Below are positions 53,262 through 63,414 of a stretch of 64,000 nt of DNA, piece by piece. The notes beneath the pieces were generated by a model that saw nothing but the letters and a program-made list of their open reading frames with translations, did no database searches and had not been told where the DNA came from. Numbering within the stretch: the stretch's first letter is position 1; each line of letters opens with the position of its first letter. The DNA lies in IMG/VR virus record IMGVR_UViG_3300025133_000038, positions 32,001 to 96,000 of that record. One strand, 5' to 3'. Source of the stretch: a virus. The position numbers and the translations under genes are program-made.

Positions 53262-54903
53262 CTACTGTGATTGTGAATTTCCCTGCACTGGCAGCGGAGA
53301 TGATTTGAAGATTATCTTCAATCCTAGTCTCGAAAGCATCCCTATGTACTGTGAAGCTACATGGGACTTGATTGGGTCTGGGAATACTAAAGGTGTCTTC
53401 CAATTAGAGTCTAGGTTGGGCCAAATGCTGGCTAAGAAGTTAAAACCTAGGAATATTGACCACCTATCGGCCCTTGTCGCCATCATGCGTCCAGGTTGTC
53501 TGGAAGCTATGCGTGATGGTAAGTCGGTTACCCAACACTACATCGACAGAAAGAATGATGAAGAAGCGGTGACGTATTTTCACCCCTCTTTGGAGCCAAG
53601 TCTACGTTCTACCTTTGGTGAAATGATTTACCAAGAACAAGCCATGCAAATAGCGAGAGACCTAGCGGGTTTCTCTCTGCAAGAAGCTGACGTTCTACGT
53701 AAGGCCATCGGTAAAAAGAAGGCTGACATGATGAATAAGGTTGAATATACCTTTATGGAGGGCTGTAAGTTCACTGGTGTTGTTCCTAATGATGTAGCTA
53801 AAGAAATTTTTGAGTGGATTCGTAAATCTCAGAGATATTCATTCAATAAATCTCACTCCGTTAGTTATGCTTACAATGCATACCTATCGGCTTATACCAA
53901 GGCACACTTTCGGCGTGCCTTTTTTACCTCCTATCTTTATTATGCAAAGGAAAAGATTAAACCGCATGATGAGGTTAGAGAGTTAGTTAATAATGCAAGG
54001 ACTATGGATGTAGACGTATATCCTCCTGACTTGCGTAAGCAGAATGCTCACTTCGCCCTATTTGACCGCAAAGTATTCTTTGGTTTGGTTGATATTAAGG
54101 GTGTGGGTGAGTCTGCAATCACACGAATGACGAAGAAAATAGTTCAGGCAGAAGAAGAACTGGGTAGGCCAATCGAGGATTGGTGTTGGTCAGACTTCTT
54201 ACTGTTCCTGTCCCAAAACATTAGCAAGACCGCTGTCGAAGCCATGATTAAGGTCGGGGCTTTACGATGGATGAACGTGTCACGTCAACGAATGTGGTTT
54301 GAGTTCGAGCAATTCTCTGCTGTCTCTGATAGGGAGCAGAAGTGGCTCAAAGAGAAGTATATAGATGATAGTCAGAGTGATATGAGCTGCTCTGAACTAT
54401 TACAAATACTGTTGGACTCCCCTGTTGGGAGAAAAGGTGGTATATCCAATAAGAATAGGCATAAGAAGGTGGTTGGTATCAAGGCAATAGTCGATAAGCC
54501 ACCATCTAGCCTAGAGGATACGCCTGAGTGGATAGCCTCTGTTGAAGAATCACTAATGGGAATTTCCATCACATGCACTGTGGTAGACTCGTGCGAAACG
54601 AGCGCTGCTAACACAACATGTAAAGATTTTAACAGTGGTACTAGTCGCAAAAACGGTATAATGATGGCTGTAAAAGTGGACGAGGTGAAAGAGATTACAA
54701 CTAAGAAAGGGAAGAACCCTGGTCAGAAGATGGCCTTTCTTTCTGTTTCAGATAGTTATGGTGCTTTGGATTCTTGTGTCCTATTTCCTGACGAGTGGAC
54801 TCAAAGTAGGGTGAAGCTGTTCATAGGCAACACTGTTATGCTTGGAGGCGAACGAGGTAAGGAAAAGGATAGTTTTATAGTTAATAAAGTTTGGCAAATT
54901 TAG
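53242..54903 (+). CDS. dnaE: DNA polymerase III alpha, C-terminal half (fingers, HhH, OB)
   Basis: GVFQLES, RPG, YQEQ.M, AD.LRKAIGKKK, YSFNKSHS..Y, IKGVG, MAF...D. Confidence 0.93.
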   Translation: MEKFKFNYCDCEFPCTGSGDDLKIIFNPSLESIPMYCEATWDLIGSGNTKGVFQLESRLGQMLAKKLKPRNIDHLSALVAIMRPGCLEAMRDGKSVTQHYIDRKNDEEAVTYFHPSLEPSLRSTFGEMIYQEQAMQIARDLAGFSLQEADVLRKAIGKKKADMMNKVEYTFMEGCKFTGVVPNDVAKEIFEWIRKSQRYSFNKSHSVSYAYNAYLSAYTKAHFRRAFFTSYLYYAKEKIKPHDEVRELVNNARTMDVDVYPPDLRKQNAHFALFDRKVFFGLVDIKGVGESAITRMTKKIVQAEEELGRPIEDWCWSDFLLFLSQNISKTAVEAMIKVGALRWMNVSRQRMWFEFEQFSAVSDREQKWLKEKYIDDSQSDMSCSELLQILLDSPVGRKGGISNKNRHKKVVGIKAIVDKPPSSLEDTPEWIASVEESLMGISITCTVVDSCETSAANTTCKDFNSGTSRKNGIMMAVKVDEVKEITTKKGKNPGQKMAFLSVSDSYGALDSCVLFPDEWTQSRVKLFIGNTVMLGGERGKEKDSFIVNKVWQI

Positions 54904-54913
54904 TGAAACGACC

Positions 54914-54942
54914 TTGACAAATGGGTCGGTGGTGGCTATAAT
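54914..54942 (+). promoter_or_regulatory. sigma70-type promoter
   Basis: TTGACA-N17-TATAAT. Confidence 0.8.
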
Positions 54943-54996
54943 GCTACTATGAAGTGTGTTTTTTGACAATAACAATTTTTTGGAGGAACAGAACTA

Positions 54997-55437
54997 ATGA
55001 ATATCGTAGTTCTAAAAGGTAATCTCGCAAGAGACCCAGAATCGCGTGAAGTAACAGCAAACGGACGTACAACCACAGTGGTAAACTTTTCGATTGCAGT
55101 CTCTCGGTTCTTTAAAAAGCAGGATGGCACTAAGGATAAGGACGTAACTTTCATCGCATGTGAAGCATGGGATACTGGTGCGGAGACCATCGCTAAGTAT
55201 GTGAAAAAGGGTGACCCCATCCTTGTTCACGGTTCGCTTAAGACCGAATCATGGCCTGATAAGGACAACCCAGAAAAGAAGCATTCTCGAACTAAGGTTC
55301 GCGTAGAACGCTTCGATAAATTGTATCGGGCTCCTAAGAATGAGGATGGCACCTATGTCAACTCCTCAGCAACTTCGGAACCTGTTCCTGCTAACGCTGG
55401 ACCATCCGATACAGAGGGAGACGACATCCCGTTCTAA
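54997..55437 (+). CDS. ssb: single-stranded DNA-binding protein
   Basis: N.V.L.GNL.RDPE, W...AE....KG, acidic DDIPF tail. Confidence 0.95.
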   Translation: MNIVVLKGNLARDPESREVTANGRTTTVVNFSIAVSRFFKKQDGTKDKDVTFIACEAWDTGAETIAKYVKKGDPILVHGSLKTESWPDKDNPEKKHSRTKVRVERFDKLYRAPKNEDGTYVNSSATSEPVPANAGPSDTEGDDIPF

Positions 55438-55946
55438 TGGAATGTCGCTATAGTCCACAACAAGTTGACGACTTGGTCCATGAGAACATGGGCCTTGTCG
55501 TCTCTATTGTTAAATCCCTGAGACCCCCTAACGCAACTGAGTACGAAGAGTATATTCAGTTGGGTAGGATAGGGTTATGGAAAGCAATTCGCAAACATGA
55601 CCCGAAGCTGGCTAAACTATCAACAATCGCATGGGACTACATTAGATGGGAAATTATTCGTTATATCAATAAGAGCGTTAAATATAACACCTTGATGAAT
55701 AACCCAGATGCCCAATATAGACTTCAATGCGTTCATTCTGAACGAACCCAAGAGTTGTTTACAGACAGTGTTGCCGAAGCCATACCAAGTTCCCTTTCAA
55801 AATCTGAATGCATAGTAGTGGATATGCGTCACCAGGGATATACCTTCGAAGAGATAGGTAAAGAGCTTGGAGGTTATACACGAGGTTGGGCAAACAAACT
55901 ATTCAAACTAGCAATAAAGAAGATACAAGATGCCAACGAAAACTAA
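55437..55946 (+). CDS. sigma70-family sigma factor
   Basis: NMGLV, Q.G.IGL.KA...DP, ST.A...IR.EI; region 4 YTFEEIG. Confidence 0.88.
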   Translation: MECRYSPQQVDDLVHENMGLVVSIVKSLRPPNATEYEEYIQLGRIGLWKAIRKHDPKLAKLSTIAWDYIRWEIIRYINKSVKYNTLMNNPDAQYRLQCVHSERTQELFTDSVAEAIPSSLSKSECIVVDMRHQGYTFEEIGKELGGYTRGWANKLFKLAIKKIQDANEN

Positions 55947-57603
55947 GAAGCGTATATTGATGGTTAATGAAGGTGGTCATCTTCATACTGGATATGGCAA
56001 CTACGGATTAGAAGTTCTAACCAGACTGTATAATACTGATAAGTATGAGATAGCTGAGTTTTCTAGTTTTACAACCATAGAACAAGCAAGAGACAACAAG
56101 GCTATTTGTCCTTGGAAAATCTATGCTAATGCTGTTCATAAAGATGACCCTAGATACGAACAAATGAAAGCTAGAGGAGATTGTTCCTTTGGTTCTTGGA
56201 GGTTTGAGAGGGTTGTGCTAGACTTTAAGCCAGATATTGTCTTTGACATACGAGACTACTGGATGCTTGCCTTTGAGAATGACTCCCCTTTGAGGGAGTA
56301 TTTTCATTGGAGCATAATGCCTACTGTAGATTCTTCTCCCCAAAACGAATCATGGCTAGAAACCTTTATTCAAGCAGATAGTGTATTCACCTATTCTGAT
56401 TGGGGAAAGGAAGTTCTAGAGGACGAAGGTGGAGGTAAGATTGAAACATGTGGAGTAGCATCTCCTGGTGTTGACCTCAATGTTTTTACCCCTACTAAAG
56501 ATAAGAATGTCCATAGAGATAGTATGGGGTTGAGTGGAGACCTTAATATAGTAGGTACGGTTATGCGTAACCAAAAACGTAAACTATACCCAGAATTATT
56601 TGAAGCCTTTGCAAACTATATAGAAAAGTGCATCAAAGAAGGTCGTGAAGACTTAGCTAAAAAAAGCTACTTATATGTTCATACTTCATATCCTGATAGC
56701 GGATGGGAAATACCACAGCTATTAGCTAGGTATGGATTAAGCCATAAGGCTCTCTTTACATATCTATGTGGAAACTGCGGGTATTATTTCTCTTCCTTCT
56801 TCCAAGATGCTAGAACAGTATGCAAGAAGTGCAGTCATACCTCAGCTATGCTACCTAACTCAGCCAAGGGCTTAACAAGAAAGCAACTAGCTGATGTCTA
56901 CAACCTATTTGACGCATATGTTCAATACTCTATCTGTGAGGGTTTTGGTATGCCTCAGGTAGAAGCTATTGCTTGTGGAGTTCCTATCTTTACCGTTGGC
57001 TATAGCGCCATGACAGAGATTGGGGTTAAGTCAGGAGGCTTTGTTGTACCCCCTAAGACTAAATTCTTAGAATTAGAGACAGGAGCTTATAGGGTATACC
57101 CTGATAATGACTATCTTGTTGACTCTTTGTTTAACTTCTTTATAAAACCTCTTCCTGCAAGGGCTAAGTTTAATTTCCAAGCAAGGCAAACAGCAGAAAA
57201 ATTCTACGACTGGGATGTTACAGCTAAGATATGGGAAAACCATTTCGACTCTATTGAGCTAACCGGAAACCAAGGCAAGTGGGACACTAAGGTTAGTATC
57301 CACGAACCAGCCGAAAGCATTCCTCCTCAGCATGAAAACTGGAACAACGAAGATTTTGTAGAATGGTTAATCCTAGATGTTTTAGGAAGACCAGACCTAA
57401 TTAATGGACATTATTCTATGGAAGCCTATAGAAGTCTTCATTATGGAATTAGAAAGGTCGGAGAAGAATATGTTAACATTACTAGACAAGACCTATTCAA
57501 TGCAGCTAAGGCTAAGGCTAAGTTAAAAGCCCTAGCTGAAAAAGCTAGGATGGGAATGGTTACCGTTCTAAAGGAAGATTTTATCGAGGCTGCAAATGAG
57601 TAA
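55930..57603 (+). CDS. GT4-family glycosyltransferase with Zn-ribbon insert
   Basis: TGYG, MRNQKRK, EGFGMP..EA.ACG, YDWD. Confidence 0.9.
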   Translation: MPTKTKKRILMVNEGGHLHTGYGNYGLEVLTRLYNTDKYEIAEFSSFTTIEQARDNKAICPWKIYANAVHKDDPRYEQMKARGDCSFGSWRFERVVLDFKPDIVFDIRDYWMLAFENDSPLREYFHWSIMPTVDSSPQNESWLETFIQADSVFTYSDWGKEVLEDEGGGKIETCGVASPGVDLNVFTPTKDKNVHRDSMGLSGDLNIVGTVMRNQKRKLYPELFEAFANYIEKCIKEGREDLAKKSYLYVHTSYPDSGWEIPQLLARYGLSHKALFTYLCGNCGYYFSSFFQDARTVCKKCSHTSAMLPNSAKGLTRKQLADVYNLFDAYVQYSICEGFGMPQVEAIACGVPIFTVGYSAMTEIGVKSGGFVVPPKTKFLELETGAYRVYPDNDYLVDSLFNFFIKPLPARAKFNFQARQTAEKFYDWDVTAKIWENHFDSIELTGNQGKWDTKVSIHEPAESIPPQHENWNNEDFVEWLILDVLGRPDLINGHYSMEAYRSLHYGIRKVGEEYVNITRQDLFNAAKAKAKLKALAEKARMGMVTVLKEDFIEAANE

Positions 57604-58717
57604 GAATATTTTATTTATAGCGCCCTATCGACAGGGTGATGGTTGGGGTAAGGCTTCTCAAGATTTTGCCCTAGCTATGGAAACTACTAAGCATAATATT
57701 GCTATTCGCCCTATATATATGGACAGAGGTTTCTTTAAGCAAGAAGCTATAGACCCAAAACTAATAGAAATGGAAGGTCGTTCTTTTGATAAGTATGATA
57801 TGGTTATCGAAAATGTTCTTCCTAACTACTATGAGAAAACAGAGGTTCCTACTCTGGCGTTTTTGTTCTTAGAGACAAACAATCTTGATAAAACCTTTTG
57901 GTATAGACCTATGTCTATCATGGATGGTATAATAGTTGCCTCTGATGCAGAGAAAACGACTGTTGACAGAGAAATCAATACACCTTGTTGGAACGTAGGT
58001 GGTCCCCTAGACAGCACTGTTGAAGATGAGGGCGACCTTGAGGGAATACCAAAGGACACTTTTAACTTCTACTTTATTGGAGAGAGTATTGATAGAAAGA
58101 ACTTGGAGGCTTTAATTACAGCTTTCCATCTTGAGTTCTACCGTAGCGAACCTGTGAACCTTATCCTTAAACTAAATAAAAGTGGTATGGATTCTCGCAC
58201 TCTAAGCCAGCATATGCAAAAAGAGATACAGGGTATAAAAAACAAACTACGCATCTACGAAGATAAAAATCTTTACAAGTCTGAATATCTTATTACAGAT
58301 AGGCTGACAGAGAAAGAAATGGTACAGCTACATACGTCGTGCAACTGTTTTGTTATGCCTTCTAGAGGAGAGGCTTTCTGTAGACCTGCTGCTAGGGCTA
58401 TGGTGTACGGCAACACTCCTATTGTTACAGACAATACAGGAATGACAGCCTTTATTAATGATGAAACAGGATGGGTTGTTCCATCGAAAGAAGTTCCTCT
58501 TGTTTCTAGGGATTATCCCCTAAAAGGAATATACACAAGTCGTGAAACGTGGTATGATATTGATATACTCGCTCTAGGCAAGGCTATGAGAGAGGCTTAT
58601 ACCTCAGACAGAACAGATAAGATTAAAGCAGGAATGGAAATGGCTAAGGCCCTAACTTATGAATCTGTTGGAAAAAATATAGAAAGGGTCATTGATGAGT
58701 ACGACTCCAGTCAGTAA
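57596..58717 (+). CDS. GT4-family glycosyltransferase
   Basis: RKN...L..AF, PSRGEAF..P...AM..G. Confidence 0.88.
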   Translation: MSKNILFIAPYRQGDGWGKASQDFALAMETTKHNIAIRPIYMDRGFFKQEAIDPKLIEMEGRSFDKYDMVIENVLPNYYEKTEVPTLAFLFLETNNLDKTFWYRPMSIMDGIIVASDAEKTTVDREINTPCWNVGGPLDSTVEDEGDLEGIPKDTFNFYFIGESIDRKNLEALITAFHLEFYRSEPVNLILKLNKSGMDSRTLSQHMQKEIQGIKNKLRIYEDKNLYKSEYLITDRLTEKEMVQLHTSCNCFVMPSRGEAFCRPAARAMVYGNTPIVTDNTGMTAFINDETGWVVPSKEVPLVSRDYPLKGIYTSRETWYDIDILALGKAMREAYTSDRTDKIKAGMEMAKALTYESVGKNIERVIDEYDSSQ

Positions 58718-59621
58718 TATACTACACAGAACATTAAACAAAAGAGATAAGCTCAACATACTATGTTTCTTCTTTGATGGGCGGTTTGAAGACGTTCTAG
58801 TAAAGACAGGTCATAATATCTACGGTGCGGAAAACTCCTTTATCTCTAACTGCGATAGAAATCCAAACCTAAGGTACTTGCCTGACAATATCTCTCAAGT
58901 AGAACAGGATATGTGCTGGGATTTAATTCTATATAACCATGAAGAATCTCAGTTCAATAACGCTAGAAAAATGAGTGCGATATTACACGTACCAGCTCTA
59001 AGAGTTGAGCACTTCCTTTCTGCCACAAACATACCAACCGAGATTACAGAAGACACGGTCTTTTCTCACTCTGTTGTCAAAAATTCTTATAAGGCAGACG
59101 GCGAAATTATTCGTTATGGTATTGAAGATTCAGGCGAATCAGAAGAAGAACGCGATATTGATGTGTTGATTCATGGTAACTTTATTCCTAGTGACTATCA
59201 AGCCGTAAGGTTTATTGAAGGATTAGACTACAATGTTGAGGTTTGGGGAGACAGTCCTGGTTTATCAGAACAGATTTCTAATGAAGACTTAGTAAGTAAG
59301 CTCAAAAAGACCAAGGTTTTTATCAACCTCTCAACTCAGGGCGGTGTTCCTTATAGTGCCTTAGTTGCTATGATGTCTGGGTGTGCTATTATTTCTAATA
59401 AGACTGAAGCTACAGAGGGTGTCTTTACTGATGACTTTGCTATCTTAGTCAAGACACTTGAGGATTTTGATGTGTCGCTAAACCATATTCTGTCCACTGA
59501 TTGGAAAAATATGGGAAAAGCTGCTAGAAAGGTAGCCCTTGAAAACTTTAATATCGAAACTAATGCTAAGTTATGGGACAAAAAACTAAGACAAAAAAGT
59601 GAAGAGGTTTATATAAGATGA
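58695..59621 (+). CDS. GT-B glycosyltransferase-like protein
   Basis: KVFINLS....P...L.AM.SG, MG.AAR. Confidence 0.75.
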   Translation: MSTTPVSNILHRTLNKRDKLNILCFFFDGRFEDVLVKTGHNIYGAENSFISNCDRNPNLRYLPDNISQVEQDMCWDLILYNHEESQFNNARKMSAILHVPALRVEHFLSATNIPTEITEDTVFSHSVVKNSYKADGEIIRYGIEDSGESEEERDIDVLIHGNFIPSDYQAVRFIEGLDYNVEVWGDSPGLSEQISNEDLVSKLKKTKVFINLSTQGGVPYSALVAMMSGCAIISNKTEATEGVFTDDFAILVKTLEDFDVSLNHILSTDWKNMGKAARKVALENFNIETNAKLWDKKLRQKSEEVYIR

Positions 59622-60043
59622 AGATTCAAATAACTAAGGAACAACCTGCTACTAAAGAGCCTGACGTAGTACCTGTTCATCCAGACGAGATAGATATTGT
59701 TGAAGATGGTAGCTGCGAACTAATTAGGTTAAGTCAAACCCTTGACTATTGCCCAACTCCAGTTCGTAATGAACTATTCGAAAAAGTCCTCAAAAAAGTA
59801 AGGTATGAAGGTACTGTTTGCATCTCTGGATTAGACATTATCTCTTTTGGACTAGGTATAGCCAATGGTAAATATGATATTGATGAAATAAACCTTCTTT
59901 TGTTCTCAGGAGGGCAGTCTATCTCAGACTTAGGAACAACTAAGGCTATTTTACTACAAAAAGATTTTGTTATCAAGAAGACTAGGTTCGATGGGGATAT
60001 GTACTTCATTGAAGCTCAGAGACCAGGACCATCAAATGAGTAA
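59618..60043 (+). CDS. truncated class I methyltransferase-like protein
   Basis: DGSC..I....LDY....K.R.EG.V.I...D; no clear SAM-binding GxG. Confidence 0.5.
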   Translation: MKIQITKEQPATKEPDVVPVHPDEIDIVEDGSCELIRLSQTLDYCPTPVRNELFEKVLKKVRYEGTVCISGLDIISFGLGIANGKYDIDEINLLLFSGGQSISDLGTTKAILLQKDFVIKKTRFDGDMYFIEAQRPGPSNE

Positions 60044-60845
60044 AACTAAAGAAACTAAAGACACTGTATGTCAAGGATGCGTCTTTATTAGTGAGTCTAA
60101 TAGGTGTGAGGCTCACATGCTAAGCTCTGCTGAAAACGCAGGTCTTGACGTTGTAGAATGTTGGAATGAAGAGGGTGAGTTTAATGTCATTCCAGGACGA
60201 AAGTGTACTATGAAAAGACCTGCTTCTTGGGCAGCGAAACAAGGTGTTGATATTCGAAATAGTGATGTTGTACAGACCCCTCCAAGCACTAAAGAATTAA
60301 TAGCTTATGCTCAGGCCGAGATGAAAGTAGATTTCTCTGCTATGGTTGTATGTCAAAAAGATACTACTATTGAAGACATCGCCCAAACACTACAAAGCCT
60401 AGTCGCTCAAGAGCATGAACCTGTATTCGTTGGGGTTGTAAGAGAACACGCATGTAAGGTTGACCCTAAAGACATCTTTTTACTTATTAATGCTATGGGA
60501 TTCGATGAATGGAAGATTGAAAACCCTGTAGATGGAAGAAATGGTAGAAAAGCTGTTGAAGGTATCTTAAAGTTTAAATTAACCACCTATTTTGCCACCT
60601 TTAAGGCTGGTCGTAATGTAGATGAAAACTTCTTCTCTGATTTAAACTATAAAATTACTAGAGAATGGTTTACTTTTGCTATTATCAAGAACGACAAAGA
60701 CCCTATTGACGGGGTCGTGGTCCCTAGTCTTATTTACAAATACTTTGGAAACAACTTCGATAAGCTCGAAGAAATAATAGAGGAAGAGGCTCAAACATGT
60801 CAGGGAATACTGAACATACAGCAGATAAACAAGACATTCCAGTAA
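60036..60845 (+). CDS. hypothetical protein (Cys-rich N-terminus, GT-A-like remainder)
   Basis: CQGC.F...C; TLQSL..Q...P. Confidence 0.6.
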   Translation: MSKTKETKDTVCQGCVFISESNRCEAHMLSSAENAGLDVVECWNEEGEFNVIPGRKCTMKRPASWAAKQGVDIRNSDVVQTPPSTKELIAYAQAEMKVDFSAMVVCQKDTTIEDIAQTLQSLVAQEHEPVFVGVVREHACKVDPKDIFLLINAMGFDEWKIENPVDGRNGRKAVEGILKFKLTTYFATFKAGRNVDENFFSDLNYKITREWFTFAIIKNDKDPIDGVVVPSLIYKYFGNNFDKLEEIIEEEAQTCQGILNIQQINKTFQ

Positions 60846-61357
60846 TACTACTGGTCCATAGAGCAAAAGCAGGGTTGATAAAACAAACCTATGAGAACCT
60901 AATGATTATTTCCTCTGGAGAAGGTAGTGCGGCAGAATTTTTCCAAGCAAATATCAAAGAGGATAAGGCAGAAGCTCTCTATGGTTTTCTTTCAGAGCAT
61001 GACTACCTAGCTACAGAAGACGCTATAGAAAAAATAGCAAAACTTCTTATCGAAGACCCATATATAGGAGCAGTATATTGCGACGGAATAATTAGGGCTC
61101 ATAATGATACTCCTCAAATATTCCCTCCTTTTTCAAAGGAATCCTATACTACTTGTATTATTAACACTCCTTTGTTCGCTCAACATAACCTTTTACAAGA
61201 ATGGGACGAGGAGCTAAACTCTACATATTTTTATGACTATTATAAGAAACTTGGTGCTACTACACTAGTAGGACATATTCCAGAACAACTAATTTTAACA
61301 AAGTATAATCCTACATCGTCAGAAGAAATTCAAAAGGTAAGAGAAAAGCATGGGTAA
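60797..61357 (+). CDS. degenerate GT2-like protein
   Basis: FL...D.L, GAVY.D, WDE.L, HIPE.L. Confidence 0.55.
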   Translation: MSGNTEHTADKQDIPVILLVHRAKAGLIKQTYENLMIISSGEGSAAEFFQANIKEDKAEALYGFLSEHDYLATEDAIEKIAKLLIEDPYIGAVYCDGIIRAHNDTPQIFPPFSKESYTTCIINTPLFAQHNLLQEWDEELNSTYFYDYYKKLGATTLVGHIPEQLILTKYNPTSSEEIQKVREKHG

Positions 61358-62072
61358 AGCTAAGAGAAATGTTGCTGCTATCTCATCACCCAGTAAGCAA
61401 AAATATAGTATTATCATACCTGCTGCGGGTCAGGGACAACGAATGAAGTCGTATGGAGCTAAGCCTCTTATAAAACTTGGTGACAAAACGCTTATTCAAC
61501 ACCAACTAGATAGAATTAAGAAAGCTTTTACTCAGTATAAAGTTACTGTTGTAACAGGATTTCAATCTACTAAGGTTGAAAAGAACCTTCCTAAAGGCAT
61601 AGACCATATAGAAAACCCTTACTACGAACATACAAATGTAGCATATAGCATTTCTCTAGGTATGAGTCGTGCAGAAACAGAGAATGTTCTCATCATCTAT
61701 GGAGATTTGGCGTTTAATAGGGCGGCTTTGAAACTGCCTCTTATGGGAGAATCTCTTATCTCTATAGACACCTCTGGGCAGATGAAGAAGGATGAGGTTG
61801 GTTGTGTAGTTCATAACAATCTCGTAACCAATATGATGTATGGCCTTCCTCTTAAATGGGGTCAGATGATGTTCTTAACAGGCAAGGAGCTGAAACTCTG
61901 GAAGGAAATAGTAACAAGTCAAGACTGTTCCAAGTGGTATGGCTTTGAGGTGTTGAATGAGATAATAAACAGAGGTGGAAGCCTTAGGGCATTTACCCCT
62001 AAAAATGCAGTAAGCACAGATATAGACACATCTAAAGATATAGAAAGAGCAAGAAAAATATGCGAACTATAG
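61350..62072 (+). CDS. NTP transferase (LicC-like sugar/choline-phosphate nucleotidyltransferase)
   Basis: IIPAAGQGQRM..G.KPL, N..Y..TN...S, YGD, DIDT..D. Confidence 0.85.
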   Translation: MGKAKRNVAAISSPSKQKYSIIIPAAGQGQRMKSYGAKPLIKLGDKTLIQHQLDRIKKAFTQYKVTVVTGFQSTKVEKNLPKGIDHIENPYYEHTNVAYSISLGMSRAETENVLIIYGDLAFNRAALKLPLMGESLISIDTSGQMKKDEVGCVVHNNLVTNMMYGLPLKWGQMMFLTGKELKLWKEIVTSQDCSKWYGFEVLNEIINRGGSLRAFTPKNAVSTDIDTSKDIERARKICEL

Positions 62073-62935
62073 TAACCATTTATTCAGATTCTCAGCCAGC
62101 AGATGGGATTATGTCTACCCTATCTGCCTTAGACGCTAAGAATGAGAACTTTAGGGTAGTAGACTGGAACCCTAATGTTAAACCAGCCTTTGATATGTTT
62201 GCTGAGCTTAATCCAGACCTTATTATTTCGGACGCAACCAATACCCCTAACCTATCTGGAGCCCTGAAGGAGTATAGTTGTAAGACAGTAGTCTGCGGTA
62301 GTATGCCGCCAGCGAGTTTGGAGCCAGACCTTCTTCTCCTGCCTGAATCTATTCCAGAAATGATAATAAAACATTGTACCCTTCCATATTTACAGGTTAA
62401 AAACGCTGCAAATTATGCTAAGTTTAGAGGGGGCAAACGAGATAGAAAAAAACAAGCAGACATCTTGTATTTTGCTAGTCATAAAGAGGCTCAGAGTCAA
62501 GAAGCAGACATATTAAGCATATTGTCTGGTCTACCTTACAGTTTTCGCGTCGTTGGACACAAAAGACCCTTACTACAGTATGTTGGGGCGACAACACTAC
62601 AAGAAACTGCGGATTTCATGGCTTCTTCTAAAATAGTTATTGATATTGGGGGTTTTCAGCTACATGACATAGCTATGCAAAAGGGATTTTGTCTTTCCAA
62701 TGTTGAAAATGGCCTATATCCATGCTTACACAGTCTTGACCCTGAAAAGATAGAAGAACAGGTCGAAGACCTTCTTTCTCAGGACAAGAAGCGAGATTCA
62801 ATTGCTAAAAAAGCCTATAAAGAGACAGTGTCTAAGGATACTTACTTTCATAGGTTATCAGAGGCATTTATCCTACTAGGGTGGGATGATGAGGCTAAAG
62901 AAGTAACAAAAACACTAAAGGAATTGACTGAATAA
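62060..62935 (+). CDS. CgeB-like glycosyltransferase
   Basis: SSKI.I, R..IAK.AY...DTY.HRL. Confidence 0.65.
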   Translation: MRTIVTIYSDSQPADGIMSTLSALDAKNENFRVVDWNPNVKPAFDMFAELNPDLIISDATNTPNLSGALKEYSCKTVVCGSMPPASLEPDLLLLPESIPEMIIKHCTLPYLQVKNAANYAKFRGGKRDRKKQADILYFASHKEAQSQEADILSILSGLPYSFRVVGHKRPLLQYVGATTLQETADFMASSKIVIDIGGFQLHDIAMQKGFCLSNVENGLYPCLHSLDPEKIEEQVEDLLSQDKKRDSIAKKAYKETVSKDTYFHRLSEAFILLGWDDEAKEVTKTLKELTE

Positions 62936-63414
62936 TGATAAGAGCAGGCTTCTTAATAGATGCACTGGGTGCATCGCAGCAATCTATAGCTTTAACGTCC
63001 CAGATGAACGAACTGATGGCTCAGAAGGCGAATTACAGCATGTGTCTGTTCTACAGAAACTATGACAGGTCGCTAATTTCTCCTCATTTTGCCATGTTTA
63101 GCGAATATGTGGCATGGTCCTTTAGCGGGATAGCTATTGCCACCGATATTAAATCAGCAAAGACGCTTTTGAAGTGTCCTGGCCCCAAAAAGAAGTTCTT
63201 CTATGTGTGGAGTACTGAGTGGGCTTTTAACAACAGGTTGAGTTATTCAGACTTAGCCAAAGTATACCAAGCGGACGATATGCAGTTAATAGTGAGGAGT
63301 GAGTCGCACTACGACATCGTTTCTAAGCTATGGCAGAGGCCCGCAAAGATAATAGAGGAGTTTAACTATGAGCAAGTTGCCGATTTCCTTACAGAAGAAA
63401 GCCAAGGACTATAA
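62935..63414 (+). CDS. conserved hypothetical protein (GT-B N-domain-like)
   Basis: IAT....A..L......K.FYVW..EW...LIVRS..H. Confidence 0.7.
   Translation: MIRAGFLIDALGASQQSIALTSQMNELMAQKANYSMCLFYRNYDRSLISPHFAMFSEYVAWSFSGIAIATDIKSAKTLLKCPGPKKKFFYVWSTEWAFNNRLSYSDLAKVYQADDMQLIVRSESHYDIVSKLWQRPAKIIEEFNYEQVADFLTEESQGL

Noticed and set aside
33389-54903. Inteins in NrdJ, RecA, DnaB or DnaE
   Set aside because: Protein lengths are normal and no intein terminal motifs are seen
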